A DNA stretch of 32,000 bases, taken from assembly GCF_007748075.1 (NCBI RefSeq), contig NZ_CP036280.1, forward strand, positions 540,001-572,000, read 5' to 3'. The notes under the pieces were generated by a model, which was not told where the DNA came from, made no database searches, and saw only the letters and a program-made list of their open reading frames with translations. Position numbers and translations under genes: made by a program. Shown in pieces: positions 1 to 9,376 of this stretch (position 1 is the first letter of the stretch; each line of letters begins with the position of its first letter). The DNA comes from Mucisphaera calidilacus (lineage in GTDB: Bacteria; Planctomycetota; Phycisphaerae; Phycisphaerales; Phycisphaeraceae).

Positions 1-38
1 CGACCCCGTGGGTTTCACGCTCGCGTGTGCAGAATCTC

Positions 39-74
39 AAGGCCGTGACGTCGCTTGTCGTCACGGCCTTTTTC
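39..74. terminator. Intrinsic-terminator-like hairpin at the 3' end of the 1204-aa gene, possibly shared with an off-window + strand gene
   Basis: Perfect 12-bp inverted repeat AAGGCCGTGACG (39-50) / CGTCACGGCCTT (59-70) with an 8-nt loop. It runs into TTTTTC (69-74) on the + strand. It lies 11 nt beyond the TAG stop (81-83, minus strand) of the 1204-aa gene. The U-tract is weaker in the minus-strand sense. Confidence 0.55.
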
Positions 75-80
75 GTGGGC

Positions 81-3000
81 CTATTCCTGCCAGGTCGTGG
101 GGAAGTAGGGGTGCAGCTCCGCGGGCTTGTCCTCGGTGAGGTCGATGACGACGCTGCTCTGCTGGTTGCCCGGGATCTCGATGGTGAGCCAGCCCTTGTT
201 CTCGTCGTAGGCCCAGTCGCTGATGGCGGCGTCGTTGACGGCGACGCCGTCGGGCCGCCTCTGGGTATACAGCCTGAGCGTGCACGGCTCGTGCTCGACG
301 TTGTTCATGACGAGGCTGACCTTGAGCGTGTCGGGGTCGAAGCTCCCCGAGACGTACTCGGCGGGTGCCCACTCGGCGATGAAGAGCGGGTTGTCGGCGC
401 TCACGATCAGGGCGAGGTTGTGCGGCGCCATCAGGGACCGCCAGGCGTCACTCCGGGAGTTCTTTCGTTCGGTCTTCAGGGCGGTGGCGAGGATCTCCTC
501 GCGTGGCCACTCGACCATCACGCGTGCCATGGAGTTGCCGGTGCCCAGCTCGAAGTTGTCGACGGTCGGCTCGTAGGACCTGAGCTCGCGCTGGTACTCG
601 TCGAGTCGGTCGAAGGCGAACTGCTTGTACATGAGCATGAACTCGGTGGAGGTGCCCTTCGAGGTGTCGTGGTGACGCGAGTTGTGGCTGAGGGTGCGTC
701 GGGCGTCGGGATCGACGGCGGTGTCGTAGCCCTGCACGCGTGTGTCGGAGAGGGTGGCGTGCCATCGCCACTGCCGCCAGGGATCGCCTTGCTCGGTGAT
801 CGACTCGAGGTAGTCCTTCATGAACCATCGTGCGACGGTGGGCTGGATGGTCTTGCCGGCGAGGTAGAGGGCGTGTCGCTCGGCGTGCTTGTCGCCGACA
901 CCCGCGGCGAGTCTGGAATGGGCGAGGTGCCCGGGGTACTGGGCGTTGATGCAGTCGTGGCCGAGGTTGAAGTATTCCTCGAGGTTGGAGGCGGCCATGC
1001 CGGCCCAGTCGTGCTCGATGCTGTTGTACTGCGAATGCCACTGGATCATGTTCCAGTTGGATTTGGTGGTGGTCCAGTCGCCGTAGTACCGGGTGTACAT
1101 CTCCCAGCAGTAGGCGATGACGGTCCACGACTCGTCCTGATCGACGTAGTAGCGTCGGCCGTTGTTCCAGTTGGTGGGCCAGATGAAGTTGATGGGGTAG
1201 TCGAGGAGGGTGATGGGCTCGCGTCGGTGATGGATGATCGAGCGGTGGGGGTAGAAGTTGAGGATGTCGCGGTAGACCTTGCGGTGGTGGTCGTCGGCGA
1301 CCTGCCTGGCCTCGGGGCCGTACACGGGTCGGCCGGCGACAGCGGGGAAGCAGAACCAGAGCTTGTAGAGGTCGGAGTGCCATGCCTCGAACATGGGGAC
1401 GTAGGCGGAGGGGAGGTAGTCGTTGAGGTCGCCCATCGGGTTGGAGCTGGGCCTGTCGGGCCGGTTGATGAAGCCGTTGGCGGTCCATTCCTGCTTGAGC
1501 GGGTGGATGAGGCGGTTGTCGATGTGCTCGTAGAAGGGGTCGTCGCGTTCGACGCGGATGGGGCCGAAGTGATCGCGTGCGGGGAGTCGCAGGCGGTAGG
1601 TGATGCGGTCGCCCTCGGCGGCGAGGAGCGGTCCCCAGATGGTGGGCGTCTTGAGGTCGATCAGCGGCTGCTCGGCGCTGTTGGGCACGCCGTTGTGCAT
1701 GTTGAGGGCCGCGAAGGGGGGCATCATGGCGACCTTGAGGGGTGTGAGCCTCCAGTCGTTGCCGAGGGTGCGGTAGGTGTATCGGTTGGCGATGACGAGG
1801 TCTTCGTCCTCGAACCAGAACATCTCGTCGGTGTCGACGGGGAAGGCGAGGGCGAGGCGTGCGCTGCGGTCGGCCTGGTCCTGCCACTGCTCGGGGAGGT
1901 CGTTGATGAGCCGGCCGGTCTGGCCCGGCGCGAAGTGTCGTACGCCGAAGAGCGTGCCGATGGCCAGGGCGTCGGCGCCGCCCCGACGGTTGAAGGCGAG
2001 GCTGAGTTGGTTGTCGTTGAGCGTGAGGGTTGTGGGGCGGCGTGTGAGGGCGATGAGTCGGGGGGAGTCGCGGTGCTCGGGGTCGCCGTTGACGGCGATG
2101 ATCCAGTTGGCGGTGAGTTGGCGTCCGTCGATGGACTCGCCGGGCGACAGGGTTCGCGGCCCGTTGCGTGTCATGACGGCGATCCGCGTGGTGACGAAGT
2201 CGAGGTTGAGGGTGCGTTCGCGGGTCTCCCAGAGCATGAAGGGCGACGCGGGCGAGAGGGTGGAGCGGAGGCGGGTGACGTTTCGGTTGTCGGCCCAGTC
2301 GATGGTGCGGCTGATCCACGAGCCCTCGACGAATTTGGCTCGTCGTCCCTCCATGCCGGGGACGTTGACGGTCATGATGGCTTCGGGCGTGGTGGCTCCG
2401 CGCTTGCTGGGCAGGTCGGCGGCAAACTGGATCTCGCTGTTGTAGCCGATGTGGACGTTGAGCCCGGACTCGGAGACGAGGTGCCAGCCGAAGCGGGCGA
2501 AGTTGCGTTCGCTGGCGCCGACCTGGGCGTGGTCGGGGACGTCGCCGATGAAGCGTGCGATCTGCTGTCGCTCGCGTTGTTCGTTGTCGAGGTTCTCGCG
2601 TGCCATGCGGTCGATGGCCGTGCCGGCGTCGGATCGGCCGAGGATGTCGTAGACGCAGCGCATGAGCATCTCGTCCATGTTCCCGTTGCCGCGGTTGACC
2701 TCCCAGGTGCGTCCGGGTGCGGTGCTGAAGTAGTAGACGACGCCCTCGCCGACCTGCTGGCTGACGATGGCGGGGCGGCCGTCTTCCCACCTGGCGTGGA
2801 CGATGCTGCCGGGCTTGGCGGTGACGTTGGTGGCGTAGTGGCGCGGGCCGTTCTCGGGGTCGAAGGTGGGCCAGAAGTCGACGCTCTCGAGCGAGCGGGG
2901 CTCGTAGACCCAGGGGTTGTCGCGGTCGATGGTGACGGGCGCGACGTCGTCGAGTTCGGCGGGGAACTTGGCGAAGATGATGGCCGGTGTGCCCGCGCGG

Positions 3001-3695
3001 ATGCGCTGCACGACCGACTCGACGGTGCCGTAGCGTTCACGCCAGATCTCGGCCTGGAGGAGGATCACGTCGTTGTCGGAGGCCTCGGGCGGCATGGATC
3101 GCATCGCCTCGACGTAGGTTCGAAGCGGGCCGGTGGCGAGGGTGATGAAGCCCTCGGGGTCGTTGCAGTCGAGCAGGGTGGCGAGTCGCGCGTTGAGGGT
3201 TCGGTTTGGTTGCGGGGCGCGGTAGTCGACGACGATGACGTCGCGTAGCTGTTTGCCGGGGGCGTTGGTGTCCTCGGCGACGAGGTGGAGCCGGTAGCAG
3301 CCGTCGGGGAGGTTTGCGGGCAGCGTGAGGGGCACGGCGTCCAGGGTCTTGGCGTCGAGTTCGAGGCCGAGTTCGCCTTGGGTGATGACCTTGAGGTTGT
3401 CGTAGCGTTCGACGCGCCAGTTGATGCTCAGGTTGACCGGCTGGTCGGTGACGTTTTCGAAGCGCAGGGCGAGGAGTTCGGAGGGGGAGATGTGGTAGCC
3501 GAGTTTGGTGAAGTCCCACGCCATGAACTTGACGCGTTCGTTGAGCGGGGAGTCAACGGCCTGGTTGCCCTTGTTGATGGCCTCGACGGCGAGCTGGCCG
3601 GAGTCCTCGCCCTTGCGTTGCTGAGCGAGGGCGGGGGTGATGAGGCAGGCGATGAGGGCGATGAGGGCGATGGCGCGGGCGCAGGGATTGAGCAC
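81..3695 (-). CDS. Large exported protein of unknown function (1204 aa); a possible glycan-active enzyme only by context
   Basis: Amino-acid composition is diverse, whereas the antisense ORF 27..3248 is Gly/Val/Asp/Ala-rich. GTG start at 3695 follows AAAGGAA (rc of 3702-3708) by 6 nt. The N-terminus MLNPCARAIALIALIACLITPALA|QQ is a Sec signal peptide. Codons are C-ending like the neighbours. No catalytic motif recognised by eye. Co-directional with the GH13 gene 135 nt upstream. Confidence 0.8.
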   Translation of the reverse strand: MLNPCARAIALIALIACLITPALAQQRKGEDSGQLAVEAINKGNQAVDSPLNERVKFMAWDFTKLGYHISPSELLALRFENVTDQPVNLSINWRVERYDNLKVITQGELGLELDAKTLDAVPLTLPANLPDGCYRLHLVAEDTNAPGKQLRDVIVVDYRAPQPNRTLNARLATLLDCNDPEGFITLATGPLRTYVEAMRSMPPEASDNDVILLQAEIWRERYGTVESVVQRIRAGTPAIIFAKFPAELDDVAPVTIDRDNPWVYEPRSLESVDFWPTFDPENGPRHYATNVTAKPGSIVHARWEDGRPAIVSQQVGEGVVYYFSTAPGRTWEVNRGNGNMDEMLMRCVYDILGRSDAGTAIDRMARENLDNEQRERQQIARFIGDVPDHAQVGASERNFARFGWHLVSESGLNVHIGYNSEIQFAADLPSKRGATTPEAIMTVNVPGMEGRRAKFVEGSWISRTIDWADNRNVTRLRSTLSPASPFMLWETRERTLNLDFVTTRIAVMTRNGPRTLSPGESIDGRQLTANWIIAVNGDPEHRDSPRLIALTRRPTTLTLNDNQLSLAFNRRGGADALAIGTLFGVRHFAPGQTGRLINDLPEQWQDQADRSARLALAFPVDTDEMFWFEDEDLVIANRYTYRTLGNDWRLTPLKVAMMPPFAALNMHNGVPNSAEQPLIDLKTPTIWGPLLAAEGDRITYRLRLPARDHFGPIRVERDDPFYEHIDNRLIHPLKQEWTANGFINRPDRPSSNPMGDLNDYLPSAYVPMFEAWHSDLYKLWFCFPAVAGRPVYGPEARQVADDHHRKVYRDILNFYPHRSIIHHRREPITLLDYPINFIWPTNWNNGRRYYVDQDESWTVIAYCWEMYTRYYGDWTTTKSNWNMIQWHSQYNSIEHDWAGMAASNLEEYFNLGHDCINAQYPGHLAHSRLAAGVGDKHAERHALYLAGKTIQPTVARWFMKDYLESITEQGDPWRQWRWHATLSDTRVQGYDTAVDPDARRTLSHNSRHHDTSKGTSTEFMLMYKQFAFDRLDEYQRELRSYEPTVDNFELGTGNSMARVMVEWPREEILATALKTERKNSRSDAWRSLMAPHNLALIVSADNPLFIAEWAPAEYVSGSFDPDTLKVSLVMNNVEHEPCTLRLYTQRRPDGVAVNDAAISDWAYDENKGWLTIEIPGNQQSSVVIDLTEDKPAELHPYFPTTWQE

Positions 3696-3830
3696 GGCGG
3701 ATTCCTTTGGTGTGAGTCGCGAGGCGAAACTGTCTTAAGTCAGATTGTACAATATACCCCGGAATCAGGGCACTGTGAAGCTGTGTGCGGCGAGAATGAG
3801 CACGGAGTGGCGATCGCTCAGGCCTGTGAC

Positions 3831-5195
3831 TTAAGGCAGAAGCGTGGGGAACGTCGTGAGGCGGTAGGCCCAGGGTCGGAGGCGGAGCGTCCCGTCGGGG
3901 CTGGCGGTGCATCCTTTACTAAGGATGGTGTCCTGGGTGGGGGCCGTGGCGGGCGGCCGGACGGTCTGGGGGCGGTCGGAGAGGTTGAGGGTGACGCGGA
4001 GGGTTTGTGTATCGCCGCGTCGCTCGTAGGTCAGAACCGAGGTGGTGGTGGCCTCCTCGAGGATGTGAATCGTGGCGCGGTCGCTGCCGTGGCGGAGGGC
4101 CGGGCTGGTCCGCTTGAGCCGGGTGAGCTGGCGGTAGAGGTCCGCCATCGGGTGTGGTTGCCAGTCGATCGGGTCGCGGTGGAAGAAGTCGAGGCGTTTG
4201 TTCATGCCGGCTTCCTGGCCGTTGTAGATCATGGGCATGCCTGGGATGGTGAAGGTGGCGACGGTGAAGGCCTCCAGGCCGTCGCCCATGCGTTCGGCGG
4301 TGGTGCCCTCCCAGGCGTTGGTGTCGTGGTTGGTGGTGAAGTTGAGCCGGAAGCCGTCGGCGGTGACGCGTCGGGCGTCCTTGCGGAGGTAGTTCACGAG
4401 GTCCTTGACGCTGTTCTCGCGGTGGTGGATGCGTTCGAGGGTCGGCGCGAGTTCCCAGGCATACAGGGCGTCGAAGGCGTAGGTGACGAGGTTGTGGTCG
4501 TTGCCCTCGGCGAGGATGAAGAGGGGCTTGATGGGTTGGAGGCGGTCGCGTGCGGTGATCCAGAAGTCGAGCGGGAGCCACTCGGCGGTGTCGCAACGGA
4601 AGCCGTCGATGTCGGTCTCGCGGACCCAGTAGGCCATGGCATCGAGCATGGCTTCGCGCATGTCCCGAGCGTCGAAGTCGAGGTCGAGGACGTCGGCCCA
4701 GAGGGGGATGGGCGGGATCATCTCGCCCTGCTCGTTGCGGGTGTACCAGTCCGGGTGCTCGGTCACCCAGGGGTGGTCGGGGGCGGTGTGGTTGGCGACC
4801 CAGTCGATGATGACGCGCAGGCCGAGGTCGTGTGCCTCGTCGACGAGTCGCTTGAAGTCGTCGAGGTCGCCGAACTCGGGGTTGATGCCCTTGTAGTCGA
4901 GGACGGCGTAGGGCGAGCCGAGTTCGCCCGAGCGTTTCTCGTGGCCGATGGGGTGGATCGGCATCAGCCAGAGGATGCCCACGCCCATCTGCTTGAGGCG
5001 GGGGAGTTGCTTGCGGAGGCCCTCGAAGTTGCCCTCGGGTGAGAACTGGCGTGTGTTGACCTGGTAGAGGGTTCGGCCCTGGGCCCAGTCGGGCGGTTCG
5101 ATGTGCAGGTCGTCCTGTGCGTGTGCAGCGGCAGGGAGGATGACGGCGACGAGCAGGAGCATGGCTGCGACGAGGGTAGGGCGGTGTTTGTTCAT
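3831..5195 (-). CDS. Exported glycoside hydrolase family 13 (alpha-amylase family) enzyme
   Basis: Signal peptide MNKHRPTLVAAMLLLVAVILPAAAHA|QD. All four GH13 conserved regions are readable: VIIDWVANHT (I), DGFRCDTAEW (II, nucleophile Asp), FILAEGN (III, acid/base Glu), FTTNHDTN (IV). ATG start at 5195. Confidence 0.9.
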   Translation of the reverse strand: MNKHRPTLVAAMLLLVAVILPAAAHAQDDLHIEPPDWAQGRTLYQVNTRQFSPEGNFEGLRKQLPRLKQMGVGILWLMPIHPIGHEKRSGELGSPYAVLDYKGINPEFGDLDDFKRLVDEAHDLGLRVIIDWVANHTAPDHPWVTEHPDWYTRNEQGEMIPPIPLWADVLDLDFDARDMREAMLDAMAYWVRETDIDGFRCDTAEWLPLDFWITARDRLQPIKPLFILAEGNDHNLVTYAFDALYAWELAPTLERIHHRENSVKDLVNYLRKDARRVTADGFRLNFTTNHDTNAWEGTTAERMGDGLEAFTVATFTIPGMPMIYNGQEAGMNKRLDFFHRDPIDWQPHPMADLYRQLTRLKRTSPALRHGSDRATIHILEEATTTSVLTYERRGDTQTLRVTLNLSDRPQTVRPPATAPTQDTILSKGCTASPDGTLRLRPWAYRLTTFPTLLP

Positions 5196-5313
5196 GGCTC
5201 TGACTCTGTGGTTGCTTGTGGCGTGAGACGTGGTGAATCGACGGAGTGATCTTACTAAGGTGGTGAGCGGCGATCTGTGTTGTGTTCATGCATTTTGATT
5301 CAGGAGCCGGGTT

Positions 5314-6424
5314 ATGAAGGTTGTGGTCGCACCGGATAGCTACAAGGACGCGTGTGCTGCGGTGGCGGCTGCGGAGGCGATGGCGGCGGGTGTTCGTGCG
5401 GCGGACGCGGGCGCGGCGGTGGTGCTCTGCCCGATCGCGGACGGGGGTGAGGGGTTTCTGGCGTCGCTGGTGCGTGCGGGTTACGTCGAGGCGCGGAGCG
5501 TGGCGACGGTCGACGCACGGATGCGCGAGCGGTCGGCGGAGATCGGCGTCTCGGGTGACGGTCAGACGGCGGTGGTGGAACTGGCCCAGGCCGCGGGGCT
5601 GGAGCATCTCGCCCGGGAGGAGCGTGACCCGCTTTGCACGAGCACGCGCGGTGTGGGGTTGATGATCAGGGCGGCGCTCGAACAGGGCGTTACGGAGGTG
5701 GTCCTGGGCATCGGCGGGAGCGCGACCAATGATCTTGGGTGCGGGTGTGCGCAGGCTCTGGGCGTGCGTTTCTTCGATCCTGACGGGCGTGTGATCGAGG
5801 ACGTGATCCGCGGCGGTGACTTGAAGCAGATCGCGGGCCTGGACGTGTCCGGGTTGGACGAGCGGCTGAGGGGGGTGCGCATCCGTGTGGCGTGTGACGT
5901 GACGAACCCGCTTTACGGTCCCGAGGGTGCTGCGGCTGTCTTCGGGCCGCAGAAGGGGGCTTCGCCCGCAGCCGTGGCGGAGTTGGACGAGGGCTTGCGG
6001 AACGTGGCGGGTGTGATCGAGCGTGAGCTGGGGCGCAGCATCGCGAGCCTGCCCGGCAGCGGCGCTGCGGGCGGGATGGGCGGCGGGGCGGTGGCGTTTC
6101 TCGGGGCGGAGCTGGTTTCGGGCGCGGACCTGGTGCTCGACCTGGCGGGGTTCGATGACGCTGTTGCTGACGCGGACCTGGTGTTGACGGGCGAGGGGAA
6201 ACTCGACGGCCAGTCGCTCGGCGGCAAGGCGGTGATGGTGGTGGCACGTCGGGCGCGGGCGCAGAGGGTGCCGACCGTGGCGCTGGTGGGGTGCGTCGGT
6301 GATCGGCCTGAGGCGGCGGTCGACGCGGGACTTGGTGGCTATGAGATCCTTGCTCCGGGTCTGTCGGCGTCGGAGTCGATGGCGCGGACGGCGGAGCTGC
6401 TCGTGGACGCGGCGGCTCGCGTGG

Positions 6425-6450
<26 letters not shown>
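5314..6450 (+). CDS. Glycerate kinase (GarK/GlxK family)
   Basis: N-terminus MKVVVAPDSYKD...CPIADGGEGF and C-terminal LVLTGEGKLDGQSLGGKAV match the glycerate kinase family signatures. The RBS-like CAGGAG lies just upstream of the ATG. Codon usage is G-ending (GCG/GTG/CTG), unlike all neighbours (see findings). Confidence 0.88.
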
Positions 6451-7471
<1,021 letters not shown>

Positions 7472-8225
7472 GGAAATGAACCTTGCTCATTAGTAGTTCG
7501 TGAAGGGATCTTCATTGTAATGCGACGCGTGCGGTGCTGAGGTGATGTCGATGCAGCGCGAGGCGATGGGGGGATGTGCCCAGAGAAGGGCGGTTGCTTG
7601 TGTGAGATTACTGTGAGAATTGCATTAGCGATTCGCCGCGATGAACACTGTGTCAGTTAGGCCCGCGAGCGGGCTTGACAGCCGGTCCGCCGGGCGGCGT
7701 TGGTCGTGTGAACCTTAATCGTTCACTCAGAGCCTCTTATGGTTGTGCTCATGAAAGGCTAGCTTTTCCGGTCACAAGCGCATGCGCATAACGTTGTCTA
7801 TTAGCGCGAAACTCACAATCCTGAGGGTTTGAACAGAAGCTGCCGAGGTACTTGTGGGAGTATCTTTGGCCGTTATACTCCCGCCTCACGGCGAGGGAGC
7901 GTTGTCCTTCAATGCTTCATCTGTCCGTTATTTTTCGGCATGACCGACAGGGCGAGACGCCGTGTCTGCTGTTGATCCCGATGTGTGATTGTTGTTCGCT
8001 CTGCGGGACCTGTTGATGAAGCGGTGGACGGCCCGGAGCGATTTTTCTCAGAAGCAAACATGAGATCAACTGATCGCTAATCGAACGTTAACAAAAGATT
8101 GTCATAGTTACCCACGAGTGACGAGAGATTGAGAAGTCTGTTCGTGCATCAGAAACGGAGGGCCTACACGTTTAAGCTCGCAGAGAAGAGAAGTGTATTT
8201 ATCACAAATACTTAACAAGGAATCT
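7472..8225. promoter_or_regulatory. Long AT-richer divergent intergenic region: presumed promoters and leader for gpr (-) and the 8226 operon (+)
   Basis: About 750 nt with no ORF of 60 aa or more in the supplied track, in an otherwise tightly packed window. Visibly lower GC, especially 8040-8225. Contains an 8-bp-stem hairpin GGGAGTAT (7856-7863) / ATACTCCC (7875-7882), a 10-bp palindrome GCGCATGCGC (7778-7787) and a small hairpin GCCCGC-GAG-CGGGC (about 7661-7674). No promoter consensus could be assigned confidently. Confidence 0.5.
8195..8211 (+). promoter_or_regulatory. AT-rich inverted repeat GTATTT-N5-AAATAC, a candidate operator just upstream of the first operon gene
   Basis: GTATTT (8195-8200) and AAATAC (8206-8211) are exact reverse complements separated by ATCAC. 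The repeat sits 5 nt before the AAGGA RBS (8217-8221) and 15 nt before the ATG at 8226. Only loosely Fur-box-like; the regulator is unknown. Confidence 0.3.
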
Positions 8226-9329
8226 ATGGATATGAAAACAACATTCAAGGCTATCACTGCAGTAGCGGCGCTCGCTCTGGCTGGCTCGGTCCAGGCGGAG
8301 GTCGAGGTTGGCTACAACCTGACGCAGGTTCCGGCGAGTGCCGACACCCGCGTCTCGATCCCCTTCCAGAACGAGGCAGTCGGCACGTTCACCGTCGCAA
8401 GCGTTAACGGTGACACGGTCACCTTCAACGATCCCGACGGCGTCCTCGCTGCTGCCACGCTCGGCACCAACGGTGCCGGTCGTCCGCTCTACTACGCCCG
8501 CTTTATCGAGGGTGATCTCGCCGGCCGCTGGTTCAACGTCGCCGCTCAGAACGGCACGGCACTCAGCCTCACGGTTGAGGGCACCACGGTTCCCGCGACC
8601 GACCTGCTCGCTTCGGCTCTGGCCAACCAGAAAGTTGTGGTTGCGGCTCACTGGACGGTCGAGGCGATCTTCCCCGATGGTTTTGAGGGCCTGACCTTCA
8701 ATGCCTCGCCCAGCCCCTTCCAGCCGACCTTCCGCGTGCTGATCCCGCAGGAAACCGACGGCACCGGCATCGACATCCCCTCCCTCTCCACCCTCTTCTA
8801 CATCGGTGGCGACTGGCGTCTGATCTCGGGCCAGCTGGCCAACGACTTCGTGGTCGAGCCGCAGGGCACCATCACGCTGCGTAACCCCGCCTCGGAGTCG
8901 ACCGGCGAGGAGAACGATCCGGAGACGCTGATCGACGAGTCGACCGGCAACCTGATCTTCCTGCCCGCGGGTGACGCGGCCGGCTTCGACATCGTCGAGT
9001 CGATCGCGATCGAGAACGTTCAGAATGACACGGTCGTGGGTCTTGGCAACGGTCAGGCCACCACGCTGGGCGCCACGGGCATCGCCGACGCGATCGACAA
9101 CTCGCCCAGCCCCTTCGCTCCGACCGACCGCATCCTCATCTATGCAGCCCCGACGGCTGGTGCCGGCTTTGACCTGCCCACCACGACGACGGTCATCAAG
9201 TTCAACGGCAGCCTGATCACCGTTACCGGTCAGCCCGCCAACGACCTCGAGGTCCTTCCCGGCCAGGTCGTGATCATCCGTAAGGCTGCTGGCGTCCCCG
9301 GAGAGGTTCTCTGGACCGTCGGCAAGTAA
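8226..9329 (+). CDS. Exported protein of unknown function with an internal tandem domain duplication
   Basis: Signal peptide M(D)MKTTFKAITAVAALALAGSVQA|EVE. The RBS AAGGA at 8217-8221 favours ATG 8226 or 8232 over the track's GTG at 8193, which lies inside the AT-rich palindrome. Two about 65-aa repeats share SPSPF.PT.R.LI...G.G.D.P...GQ.AND..V.P.G..I.R. No homolog recognised by eye. Confidence 0.8.
   Translation: MDMKTTFKAITAVAALALAGSVQAEVEVGYNLTQVPASADTRVSIPFQNEAVGTFTVASVNGDTVTFNDPDGVLAAATLGTNGAGRPLYYARFIEGDLAGRWFNVAAQNGTALSLTVEGTTVPATDLLASALANQKVVVAAHWTVEAIFPDGFEGLTFNASPSPFQPTFRVLIPQETDGTGIDIPSLSTLFYIGGDWRLISGQLANDFVVEPQGTITLRNPASESTGEENDPETLIDESTGNLIFLPAGDAAGFDIVESIAIENVQNDTVVGLGNGQATTLGATGIADAIDNSPSPFAPTDRILIYAAPTAGAGFDLPTTTTVIKFNGSLITVTGQPANDLEVLPGQVVIIRKAAGVPGEVLWTVGK
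8700..8894 (+). repeat. Intragenic domain repeat, copy 1 (NASPSPFQPTFRVLIPQ...ANDFVVEPQGTITLRNPAS)
   Basis: Protein-level repeat paired with 9096-9293. The 15-nt string TCGCCCAGCCCCTTC is identical at 8706-8720 and 9102-9116, in frame and 396 nt apart. Confidence 0.75.
9096..9293 (+). repeat. Intragenic domain repeat, copy 2 (DNSPSPFAPTDRILIYA...ANDLEVLPGQVVIIRKAAG)
   Basis: See copy 1. The conserved skeleton SPSPF-PT-R-LI, G.G(I/F)D(I/L)P, GQ.AND and P.G..I.R aligns with a single one-residue gap. Confidence 0.75.
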
Positions 9330-9376
9330 CTCACTGTGTCAGATTATTCAGTAACCAATAGTTAAGGAAATAAACC

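Noticed and set aside
27-3248. 1073-aa ORF on the + strand, and the 780-aa alternative-frame ORF 448..2790 on the - strand
   Set aside because: Gly/Val/Asp/Ala/Glu-rich or Arg/Pro-rich low-complexity translations are typical of shadow frames in high-GC DNA. The overlapping - strand ORF 81..3695 has a signal peptide, an RBS and a balanced composition.
3734-3835. 9-bp inverted repeat CTTAAGTCA (3734-3742) / TGACTTAAG (3827-3835) bracketing the amylase/1204-aa intergenic region, plus the palindrome TTGTACAA within it (roughly 3745-3752)
   Set aside because: The arms are short and built around the self-complementary CTTAAG. They are 84 nt apart, and one arm overlaps the amylase stop codon. This is compatible with chance, and I have no supporting evidence for a mobile-element end or a regulatory stem.
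3285-5607. ORFs 3285..5042 (+, 585 aa) and 3919..5607 (-, 562 aa) overlapping the GH13 gene
   Set aside because: These are a shadow frame and an Arg/Pro-rich alternative frame. The GH13 frame carries all four family motifs.
7472-8225. A replication origin or terminus, suggested by the AT-rich gap, divergent gene orientation and an apparent switch from a G-rich to a C-rich + strand
   Set aside because: The composition switch follows gene orientation, because C-ending codons lie on the coding strand on both sides. I found no cluster of DnaA-box-like TTATCCACA motifs, only a poor TTATCACAA at 8198-8206. No dnaA/dnaN, dif-like or partition genes are adjacent.
8193-8225. The track's GTG start at 8193 for the first operon gene (N-terminal MYLSQILNKES extension)
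   Set aside because: The extension overlaps the AT-rich palindrome and the AAGGA RBS. ATG 8226 or 8232 gives a canonical signal peptide directly.
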